Below are positions 1-8,378 of a DNA stretch of 64,000 bases, piece after piece. Made by a program: the position numbers and the translations under genes. Positions within the stretch are counted from its first letter, which is position 1, and every line of letters begins with the position of its first letter. Under the pieces are notes generated by a model that was not told the DNA's origin, ran no database searches, and saw only the letters and a program-made list of their open reading frames with translations. Source of the DNA: Treponema sp. (GTDB taxonomy: Bacteria > Spirochaetota > Spirochaetia > Treponematales > Treponemataceae); assembly GCF_045641405.1 (NCBI RefSeq), contig NZ_JAZUGX010000001.1, positions 41,233 through 105,232 on the forward strand. Reading direction: 5' to 3'.

Positions 1-3000
1 CATCGACAGCCTTGATGTAAACCGGAATTGTCCAAATGTTGTTTGCGTTTACAGTTCCATATGTTGCATTTGCATAAGTATCAAAAGCAGGACATGAATT
101 TGCACCGTTTTCACCATTGAAACTGAAACTCCATTTATCCTTCAAAATAGATTTATCCTGCCATACAGAAACTGCAGGTGTGCCTTTTTTCAAGCTTGCA
201 AGTTCAGCATCTGTCTTAGTTGTTTCAGATACCATTGGAATATAATAAGTAAGGCTTGCAAGTCCTGAACGGCCTGTACTCATATCGCTTGCATCACCGG
301 AAACTTCAAAGTGTCCAGTTTTTTCATCAGTTGCAAGAGGAGTTACATTCTTAATTTCTGGGGCACTATTATCTACGTTGAATGAATAGCTTCCGTTACC
401 TTTAAGACCAGACTTATCATAAACATTGACAGTAACGGAGATTTCTCCTGTCAGCCATTTATCAGCCAGAGTATTACTGTTAAGATCAAGCAAGCCTGTT
501 GTCCAGGTAGATTCTGTATTGTCATTTGTATCCATGACAAGGGAACCATTTGAACTGGAAGCATAACCTTCACTTTCTTTTCTTGCATCTGAAGGAACAT
601 TTCCTATCCAGTACTTTACCCCATGAGGAGTTTTTCCCTCTTCCGGATTTGCTTCAGCTGCTTCGAGAGTAAAGCCATCAATTTTATTTGCGTCCTTACC
701 AAGAATACGGAACTTAATGTATCTTCTGTTTACACCACCAACAATAAGAGTAGTTCCTATTGCATCTGTTGATACGGCAGCTGCATTTGCACCATTATTA
801 TCGTAGCTAACAATTTCTACACTTTTTACTTCAGGGCTTTCACAGTCACTGCCGTAAACAAGAGCGGCACCCGAATTCTCCAGCGATTCAGACTTGTGCT
901 GGAAATATGGTTTGAGGAGATTTCCATTGCTTGTATTTCCAGTATAGAAAATTCCGTCCTTATTATCGTTTACATAGAAGAATACAGATTTTGAACCGTC
1001 CTTTGTATCTGCCGGAGTATAGGTCCAGTCAGTTCCAGTAAGGGTTGTCGTTCCGTAGTCTTTGTTTGTCCATGTAATTTTGCTTCCATCTTTAGAATAT
1101 ACAAACTCTGCCGTAGCATTATCAGTAAATGTTGCGATGTATTTATTACCATTTGTTGGAATTACAACAGACTTGATCTGCTTTGAACTTCCAAGCAATA
1201 CTTTAACCACAGAATCTGTTTCAGCATCATCATCAGAAATCGTTCCGCTTATCTGTGCATTTGTACCGTACTTAAGTATATATGTATATGGATCTGCGCT
1301 TTCACCTGAACCATTACGGGTAAGATTTGTTACCTGGACTGTAGGACGGTCCCTGTTCATGTCTACTTCAAACTTTGTTGCATTCCATGAATAGGTTGGG
1401 TTATCTTCAGTTCCACCAATCTTATAGGCGCTTGAGTTTCCTGCCTTATCCTTGGCTACAGGAAGAACATAGACAACTCCAGTTCCTGCATTATTTTCTG
1501 CACTTTCCGCACCAGAAGCTGTATTGAAGTTAAAACCATCAATCTTCCAGCTGTAAATCTTTGCAATGTCGGTTTCTGTTGTTGCAGTAAATCTCGTCCA
1601 TCCGTAAGTAGTAAGATCCTTTGAAGTATCGTCGTAGATTTCCTTAGCCTTGTTTGCTGGCAATGCTCCCTTTGCATAGTACAGGTCAAAGCCTGCAAGA
1701 CTGAAGTTTTCTGTTACCGAACCTTCAATGGATTCAGAAGAACCGTTCACACCAACAGTATTTGAACGAATCGTTACAACAGGAGCCTCTTTATCAACAG
1801 TGAACATAAGCACACTTGGATTCTGGAATTTTGTTCCCGCAACATCAGTACATTCTGCTACAAGAGTTCCACTAGTTGCTTTAGCGGCAGCGATTTCAGT
1901 TTTCCATCCAGTGATTCTTGTCTTATCCGCAATTGCAGAGTATGCAACGTAACTTGCACCCTTTGCTACAGACCATGAATCAAGTTCACCTTCATTTGTT
2001 GTAAATGTTGTTACACATACAAGGTCGTTATCACCAAGAGTATAATCAAGGGCATTTCCACTGCTAAGGACACCGATACCACTCTGAAGATCCTTGAGAG
2101 TTCCATAAAGAGTTACGGATTGTTTTCCGTTTATTGTAACTGTACCTGTTGCAGAAGAACTTGTTACACCACCGTCTACTGACACAAAATTAGCCTTATA
2201 TTCCGGTGATGTTTCATCCATTCTTACAATGACGGTCTTCTTGTCCGACGAATTGCCGCAAGAATCAGTAGCCCAAAGCTGAAGTTTATTGGAAGCTCCC
2301 TTTTCATAACCACTTATTGTTCCCTTGAACTTATAGTAACCAAGATTGGTATCCTTATCGACAAGAATATATGTTGCAACAATATCACCAGTTATAGGAG
2401 CTGGAGCTGGCTTGCCAGATTCATAGTGAGGTACAAGGCTATAATTTACCTGAGTAATACCAGAATCTTTGTCATAGAAATAGCCTTCAATGGAAATATC
2501 TTTTCCCTTATACCATGTAGCGGCCGCATAAAGCCCCTGAGCCATATGAATGTTATAATCTGTAAGGTTTGAATAACCATTCTGTCCAAATGCAATATCA
2601 TCCTTAATCTTTGGAGCTGTATCATCAATGATATATGTAATTTTAGCACTTGCACTCTGTCCAAAAATATCAGTAACAGTATATTCAATATCCATTGAGT
2701 CTCCAGAATTTAGTCTAGAGAGTGGTTGAATTGTTGATGTAAACTGGCCATCACCAGACTGATTTGGAGTCAGAGAATAGCCCGCAGAATTTGTAATCTG
2801 TTTGCCACCAACTTCCTTATCTCTTTCATCAGATCCATATGTACGAATGACATTTCTGATAAGTGTTGTTGTATCATGACTGTAGTTACCAACAAGACCA
2901 ACTACATTAAGTTCAGCTTTATTCTCATCAGAATCCTTGTAGCTTCTTGTATACCCCTTATTCTCTGGAGCAGACATGGAGATTGTAGGAGCACCCTTTG

Positions 3001-6000
3001 AAACACCTACATAATAACTATTGCTCTTGAACTTATTGTATGGAGTATCACTGTCATTTCTGTAGTTTGTATCTTCAACTTCAAAATAAATCTCATATTT
3101 TCCTTCCTGAGATGGAAGAATCTGACTAAGATTTACACTTGTAGAAGATCCGTTTGAAATGATAGAGAATGGTCCGCTAAAACTTTTCGAGAATGTTGCA
3201 GAACCAACTTTCTCTTCTTCAGTTTCTCCCACATCCTCGTAAGAAGAAGCAATCCTGTAATAACATACGGCATTTCTTATACCGTCATCATCAGAAATAG
3301 AGCCCATAAGCTTGTTGTTGCTTGAAACTCCAAAGAGGTTTCCATCAACACCACTTGAGATATCCTTTGCTCCATTTGCAAGAGCAACAAAGTTTGAAGG
3401 ATTGATTATTGGACGGTCTGATTCCTGATCGGCATAATAACAAACATTTGTCTGTGCTCCTGTCTGGGCCTTAAGGAATTCACTTGATGTAGTCCTACTT
3501 GTATTGCCTGCGACGTCTGTTACTTCAATGACAACAAAAATATTATCCTTGGTCGTGTTGTCTTTTTCTGTTATCTTGGTTGTATCAATGGAAATTTCCC
3601 ATCCATTGACATTGGAAACAGCTGTAAAGTCACCTTTATTTATATGAGACTGATCCTGTGTCTTGTAACGAACTCCAGACATAACGGAAGTTCCAGTTGC
3701 GGAAGAGCCTTTATATACCTTATATTCAACACGTTCGATTTCATTGTTATCACTGGACTTTCCAGTAACAGTGATATTGCCATTTACATTATAGACAATC
3801 GAAGGTGATGTTCCTGTTATTACAACAGGTGTAATTGCTGTAATGTCGATTTTAGGATCTTCATCGTCAATGTAATATGTAAGCTTAGCTGTTGAAGACT
3901 GGCCTACTGTATTTGTCGCAGTGTAATTGACAGTTTTTTCCGTTTCAGTACCTGCAAGTGCAAGTGCTTCAAAAGCATCTGTAAATGCCCCTGAATGGCC
4001 TGAAGTTATGCTTCCCCTGTTTAAGGTAATATAGTTATCCCAGGAAGTAGCCGTACCCTTTACATTTACAATATCCTTTGGATCTGCATCTGACCTGAAA
4101 TATCGTTTTCCTTCAGAAGTTACGCTTATAGAAGGTGCATTTGAAGAAACTGCAAATTTAATTTTATCAGAAACATTCTTAACTGCTGTTTCTTTCCCCT
4201 CTTCCTTATCGATTGCGGTGATTTCAACATAATAGAAACCGTCTGATTCAGGAACCGGAACAGAGCCCTGATATGTCGTTGATTCTATGTTATGCCTGCT
4301 TATAGTATCGCCAACCTGAGTTGTCTTATCGGCAGCATAGAATTTAATATCTACAGCATCAATCATGTCATCATCAGTGACACTGAACATAAGGTTGTTG
4401 TTGCTTGCAGAGAAAAGGTTTCCGCTTGTAGTATTTATTACTATGTATTCATAAACAGGATTACCATTATTTTTCTTACCTGTAACCTCACTACCTTTTT
4501 CTGGGGGCTGTCCCTCAGGACAGTGAATGTCATTCCTATCTCCAGAAACGGCAGCTTCTGCGGTACTGAAGAATTTACCTGCTGCAGCCTGATCATCTGT
4601 TGCATATGCTGTAGCCTTATTGAAATTCATTGTTTTGATTACAGGTTTATCTGTTTCCTGATCAACAATAAAGTTCCTTAAAACATAAGCAACGTTCTGG
4701 GCGCTGTCTGTAGCTTTAAGTAAAATGGCAAAAGATTTTCTTGTTTTTCCGGTAGCAACTTTAGTTGTATCAACCTTAAAAGTTTTGCCAAATTTACTAT
4801 CATCTGTGAATACATTGTTTACACTAAGAGCAGAAACTTCAGTACCACCAGTGACAGTACCATTTACGGCATTTACTGAAATATTTGTCGTGTCATTTTC
4901 TGCTGCATAGCAAATGTATTCAACTTTTGTAAGTTCATAGTTGTCGCTTGCATTAAAGGTTACAGAAACATTTCCATTTACATAAGGCAATGCAGGATTG
5001 TCTTTATCTTCAACTGTCGGTGTAACAGCCGTAATAGATATTGAAGGTGCCTGGTTATCAACAACATAACTGAATTTTTCTGATTCACTCTGACCAAATT
5101 TGTCCACAAGAGTATACGAAACAGTAACAGTTTCTTTTGCCTCATTTGAATTAACAGTTATTGTATCAGTAAAAGTTGCTTCTCCATCCTTATTGTCTGA
5201 ATGTGCAGGAACTTCTATTTCCTCTTTAGTAGTTCCATCAGCTTTTGTAAGAGTTACCTTTGCTTTTGAAACGGAAGAATTCGTAAGCTTTCCATTTACT
5301 GTTATTACTGCACCTTTTTTATAAGAATTATTATCTGGAGTAAATGAAATCTTTGGCGCACCCTTTGAAACAGCAATTTTATAATTTTCTCTGATATAGC
5401 TGTTAGGTGTATCCGCATCAGATATCCATGAGGAATCCTTTGCATATATTGTAACCTCATGCTCACCTTCGCCAAGAGAGCTTACATCAACCGCACCTCC
5501 AGAAACAGGAAGAGCTTTTAAGACAGGGGAACCCACATATGCTGTAATATCAGATACCTTTCCATCATCGTCCTCTACATTGAATTTCATCTTGTTGTTG
5601 CTTGAAATACCAAAAAGATTTTTACCTGCTTCAATGTTAGAATAATCAGCGACCTTCTCAAAGTTGGTAGGCTTAATTTTTGGCTTGTCCGAAACCTGAT
5701 CTACAATGATATCTTCACCATCTGGTCTTCCTAGAGTTTTATTGTAGTCTGTGGATGTTGTAAATCCAACATTTCCCTTTCCTTCAGTCTTACTTGCACT
5801 GTCCTCTGCAGTTACCCTTACAATGAATTCCTTTGCCTCCGAAGGATCTGTATTGTTTACAATTCCAGTAGATGGATCTCTTGTATCATATTCATCTGTA
5901 AAGCTGAAGGTCTTTCCGAGGTTAACTGTTTTCTTTACTTCGCTTGTAGCCTTATCTATATATTCAATTTTTACGGATTTAAGGTTTGTTTCTTCTACAT

Positions 6001-8143
6001 TGCCTTTTACCTTGATAATGCCATTTACATATGATTTGCCATCCGCAGCATAGTCATTGATGACAGGAGTTATGGATGTGATTGTGACTACAGGCTTGAT
6101 TGCATCAACATGAACCGTAGAATTTACTGTAGTCTGAGAATTTCCAGTCTCATGAACAAGGAAATCCACAGAGTAAAGATAGGCCTTGTCTTTCTCACAT
6201 TTTACAGCATCATAGCCTTCACATTCTGCTGGAGAGAATTCCCAGGTATAGGAGCCTATAGTTCCAGTTTCCGAAATTCCCTTGCCGCTTCCAATTTCAA
6301 GTTTTTTCTTAATTTCGCCCTTCAACTCATTTGTCGATTCATCAGTTACAGTCACAGTTGCCATGATATAGTCAATCTGGCTGTCTCCATTCTTTGCAGT
6401 TCCCTTGAAAGTAAGACCATCGTTATCGTCAGTTTTCTTTGCAGAAGTCTTTACCAGTGAAAGATTCGATGGAGAAGTTACATGGATCTCTGGAAGCTTA
6501 CCTGTTCCTGTCGCGGTGAAACCGTAGTACTTTGCCTGTCCAAATTCAAGGCCGTCAAGATCATAACCTGTAAGTGCGATTATATACTTATGGTTTACCT
6601 TAAGGAAATTTCCAGCTGCTTCACTCATTCCAAAAGGAACTGTAAGAAGAGTTCCGGATGAGGAGCCACTTTCTGTATTATCCTTTACGCACCAGACATC
6701 ATGCTGACCTGGTGTTTCAAGTGCATTTATTACATCAGTCTTGAAATTAGCATTTGTATAGCTTGCATCATAGGCAGGATTGTTTTCTTCCATCTTCAGT
6801 CGTTTTTCAGCGACCACCCTGTTCAGAGCATCAATAAATTTCTTAGCATCGTCTTCTGTGTAAGGATCAGGTTCCGCTTTGTCTGACGCACTTGTCATAT
6901 CCTTTACCCAGACATGAATTGTTTTTGGCAATATGCCAGTGTTGTTCAAACCCGCGGAAACTGTCGCCGTTACATTGGATGAGCTTGCAAGCTGATTTGT
7001 CGTAAAATCGTTTTTACCATTGAAAATTTCAAGACCGCTCAATACATAGGTAGGATTTGCCGCTGGGTTAAGTGTAAATGAAAGGCGGTTGTCAACTGTA
7101 TCGAAATCTGAAGTATCCACCGCTTTTTCCTTAAGGGTAGCCATCGCCAAATCATTATTCGGCACACTACCATTGGAAATATTCATGAGGTTTGTTGCAG
7201 AAAGCCCAAGACCTTTAGAAGAACTCAAATAAGCAGAATAAACGTCATCATAAAGATAGACTTCACTTGTTGTGTTACCTTCTCCAGTTCCACTGTCCCC
7301 AGGATTTTTATATTCTTTGGCAGCGTCAGTAAGCCTTACTGTACACTTATATGATTTTGTTTCAGTTTTATTTTCTACTGTTCCATAGAGGTGAACATAA
7401 CGCTGATAGGCTACAGGTTCCGAGCCGGATGCACTTCTTGTAGTATTTGCAAAATCAACGCTTGTTCCACCAGCTGTAGCAACAGATGTTTCATATATGT
7501 TTTCTGCAAGATTTGAGCTTGTTGAACTTGTAAGGAGCACATTAGTCTTTCCATCATAAACATCAAGAGCCATCTTTGATATTTCATGAAGGTCGGCGAT
7601 TGTTCCTGTAACGGTGAAATTTGAACCGTAAGCAGCAGGATCCACACCATTTGCAACAGTAACACCAGGCTTTGAGATGATAAAGAAAGGAGCCGTATTA
7701 TCAACATCTACAGAGCGTGATGAAACTCCGGAGGTTTTTCCGCTGTTATCGTTTGCCCAGGCGGTGATTTCATATGTTCCGTCCGGGTATTGCCATCCGT
7801 TGGTGGCGGCATATGCATTTTCATCGTAATTGTTAAGGTCGATCCTCCAGCTTGTGCCAGCAACCGCGGCAGTTCCCTTGTAGACTTCCCTGCCAGTGCT
7901 TGTATTTACGACACGCACATTTACATTGGTGATCATTACATCATCCTTACATTCTCCAGCAAGGACAAAGCTGTCTCTGATCACAGCCCCAGAAGGAGGA
8001 TAGCTGATTGTAAGGGTTGGTGCTGAAACATCGACTGCTTCACCAAGACCAATGTCACACGAGAGGGTTGATGCCAAAGGAATAATAATTGCAGCTGCAA
8101 AAACTACCTTGGACCAAAGAGATTTAAAAACATTTTTGTGCAT
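1..8143 (-). CDS. Giant spirochaetal lipoprotein with many bacterial Ig-like repeats (>2714 aa; 3' end lies beyond the left window edge); not in the ORF track
   Basis: ATG at 8143 preceded by GAGGAG. It translates MHKNVFKSLWSKVVFAAAIIIPLASTLS-CDIGLGEAVDVSAPTLTISYP (signal peptide plus lipobox Cys). The same frame was checked at 6109, 5062, 3871, 2629 and at the edge (..NIWTIPVYIKAVD), with no stop found. Recurrent DxxGN / VDxxxP Ig-like linkers. Confidence 0.9.
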   Translation of the reverse strand, partial: MHKNVFKSLWSKVVFAAAIIIPLASTLSCDIGLGEAVDVSAPTLTISYPPSGAVIRDSFVLAGECKDDVMITNVNVRVVNTSTGREVYKGTAAVAGTSWRIDLNNYDENAYAATNGWQYPDGTYEITAWANDNSGKTSGVSSRSVDVDNTAPFFIISKPGVTVANGVDPAAYGSNFTVTGTIADLHEISKMALDVYDGKTNVLLTSSTSSNLAENIYETSVATAGGTSVDFANTTRSASGSEPVAYQRYVHLYGTVENKTETKSYKCTVRLTDAAKEYKNPGDSGTGEGNTTSEVYLYDDVYSAYLSSSKGLGLSATNLMNISNGSVPNNDLAMATLKEKAVDTSDFDTVDNRLSFTLNPAANPTYVLSGLEIFNGKNDFTTNQLASSSNVTATVSAGLNNTGILPKTIHVWVKDMTSASDKAEPDPYTEDDAKKFIDALNRVVAEKRLKMEENNPAYDASYTNANFKTDVINALETPGQHDVWCVKDNTESGSSSGTLLTVPFGMSEAAGNFLKVNHKYIIALTGYDLDGLEFGQAKYYGFTATGTGKLPEIHVTSPSNLSLVKTSAKKTDDNDGLTFKGTAKNGDSQIDYIMATVTVTDESTNELKGEIKKKLEIGSGKGISETGTIGSYTWEFSPAECEGYDAVKCEKDKAYLYSVDFLVHETGNSQTTVNSTVHVDAIKPVVTITSITPVINDYAADGKSYVNGIIKVKGNVEETNLKSVKIEYIDKATSEVKKTVNLGKTFSFTDEYDTRDPSTGIVNNTDPSEAKEFIVRVTAEDSASKTEGKGNVGFTTSTDYNKTLGRPDGEDIIVDQVSDKPKIKPTNFEKVADYSNIEAGKNLFGISSNNKMKFNVEDDDGKVSDITAYVGSPVLKALPVSGGAVDVSSLGEGEHEVTIYAKDSSWISDADTPNSYIRENYKIAVSKGAPKISFTPDNNSYKKGAVITVNGKLTNSSVSKAKVTLTKADGTTKEEIEVPAHSDNKDGEATFTDTITVNSNEAKETVTVSYTLVDKFGQSESEKFSYVVDNQAPSISITAVTPTVEDKDNPALPYVNGNVSVTFNASDNYELTKVEYICYAAENDTTNISVNAVNGTVTGGTEVSALSVNNVFTDDSKFGKTFKVDTTKVATGKTRKSFAILLKATDSAQNVAYVLRNFIVDQETDKPVIKTMNFNKATAYATDDQAAAGKFFSTAEAAVSGDRNDIHCPEGQPPEKGSEVTGKKNNGNPVYEYIVINTTSGNLFSASNNNLMFSVTDDDMIDAVDIKFYAADKTTQVGDTISRHNIESTTYQGSVPVPESDGFYYVEITAIDKEEGKETAVKNVSDKIKFAVSSNAPSISVTSEGKRYFRSDADPKDIVNVKGTATSWDNYITLNRGSITSGHSGAFTDAFEALALAGTETEKTVNYTATNTVGQSSTAKLTYYIDDEDPKIDITAITPVVITGTSPSIVYNVNGNITVTGKSSDNNEIERVEYKVYKGSSATGTSVMSGVRYKTQDQSHINKGDFTAVSNVNGWEISIDTTKITEKDNTTKDNIFVVIEVTDVAGNTSRTTSSEFLKAQTGAQTNVCYYADQESDRPIINPSNFVALANGAKDISSGVDGNLFGVSSNNKLMGSISDDDGIRNAVCYYRIASSYEDVGETEEEKVGSATFSKSFSGPFSIISNGSSTSVNLSQILPSQEGKYEIYFEVEDTNYRNDSDTPYNKFKSNSYYVGVSKGAPTISMSAPENKGYTRSYKDSDENKAELNVVGLVGNYSHDTTTLIRNVIRTYGSDERDKEVGGKQITNSAGYSLTPNQSGDGQFTSTIQPLSRLNSGDSMDIEYTVTDIFGQSASAKITYIIDDTAPKIKDDIAFGQNGYSNLTDYNIHMAQGLYAAATWYKGKDISIEGYFYDKDSGITQVNYSLVPHYESGKPAPAPITGDIVATYILVDKDTNLGYYKFKGTISGYEKGASNKLQLWATDSCGNSSDKKTVIVRMDETSPEYKANFVSVDGGVTSSSATGTVTINGKQSVTLYGTLKDLQSGIGVLSSGNALDYTLGDNDLVCVTTFTTNEGELDSWSVAKGASYVAYSAIADKTRITGWKTEIAAAKATSGTLVAECTDVAGTKFQNPSVLMFTVDKEAPVVTIRSNTVGVNGSSESIEGSVTENFSLAGFDLYYAKGALPANKAKEIYDDTSKDLTTYGWTRFTATTETDIAKIYSWKIDGFNFNTASGAESAENNAGTGVVYVLPVAKDKAGNSSAYKIGGTEDNPTYSWNATKFEVDMNRDRPTVQVTNLTRNGSGESADPYTYILKYGTNAQISGTISDDDAETDSVVKVLLGSSKQIKSVVIPTNGNKYIATFTDNATAEFVYSKDGSKITWTNKDYGTTTLTGTDWTYTPADTKDGSKSVFFYVNDNKDGIFYTGNTSNGNLLKPYFQHKSESLENSGAALVYGSDCESPEVKSVEIVSYDNNGANAAAVSTDAIGTTLIVGGVNRRYIKFRILGKDANKIDGFTLEAAEANPEEGKTPHGVKYWIGNVPSDARKESEGYASSSNGSLVMDTNDNTESTWTTGLLDLNSNTLADKWLTGEISVTVNVYDKSGLKGNGSYSFNVDNSAPEIKNVTPLATDEKTGHFEVSGDASDMSTGRSGLASLTYYIPMVSETTKTDAELASLKKGTPAVSVWQDKSILKDKWSFSFNGENGANSCPAFDTYANATYGTVNANNIWTIPVYIKAVD
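2630..6109 (-). repeat. Three degenerate protein-level super-repeats (349, 397, 414 aa), each about three Ig-like domains, inside the giant lipoprotein
   Basis: Units start VDAIKP (6109), VDNQAP (5062) and IDDEDP (3871). Each contains, in order, TP..(Y)VNG, DQx(S/T)DxP..NF, NLFxxSxNN..DDD, VS(K/S)(G/N)AP and GQS. Confidence 0.8.
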
Positions 8144-8184
8144 ATGTGGCTCCTCAACATAACAAACTGACAAAATTCTCATTT

Positions 8185-8210
8185 CTTTATCGGAATAAAT
8201 TCCAATAAAG
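8185..8210 (-). promoter_or_regulatory. Near-perfect inverted repeat in the predicted 5' leader of the giant lipoprotein gene
   Basis: CTTTATCGGAAT-AA-ATTCCAATAAAG: 12-bp arms with one mismatch, which is a G.U pair in the minus-strand RNA. Confidence 0.45.
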
Positions 8211-8272
8211 CAAAGCATTTTTTTCCATTTGGTAGAGAAAGTGCATATTTTAGAGAAAATGGAGATATTTAT

Positions 8273-8302
8273 AGTATAATTCTTTTTCTACTCGTCTGGC
8301 AA
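8273..8302 (-). promoter_or_regulatory. Sigma70-type promoter of the giant lipoprotein gene
   Basis: Minus strand TTGCCA (8302-8297) - 18 nt - TATACT (8278-8273), directly after the T-tract of the upstream terminator. Confidence 0.6.
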
Positions 8303-8303
8303 G

Positions 8304-8336
8304 AAAAAAAAGACCGCTCGGATTTACCGAACGGTC
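8304..8336 (-). terminator. Intrinsic terminator of the 2120-aa Ig-like protein gene
   Basis: Minus strand GACCGTTCGG-TAAAT-CCGAGCGGTC followed by T8, about 40 nt after the stop codon. Confidence 0.85.
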
Positions 8337-8378
8337 CTCAAATTCCTTTAGCTATGTGCCAAGCTGTTTCAGTTCAAC

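Noticed and set aside
970-8026. About 15 short ORFs listed by the track in 1-8.1 kb
   Set aside because: They are antisense or off-frame shadows of the single giant minus-strand gene; none has an SD site or a recognisable motif.
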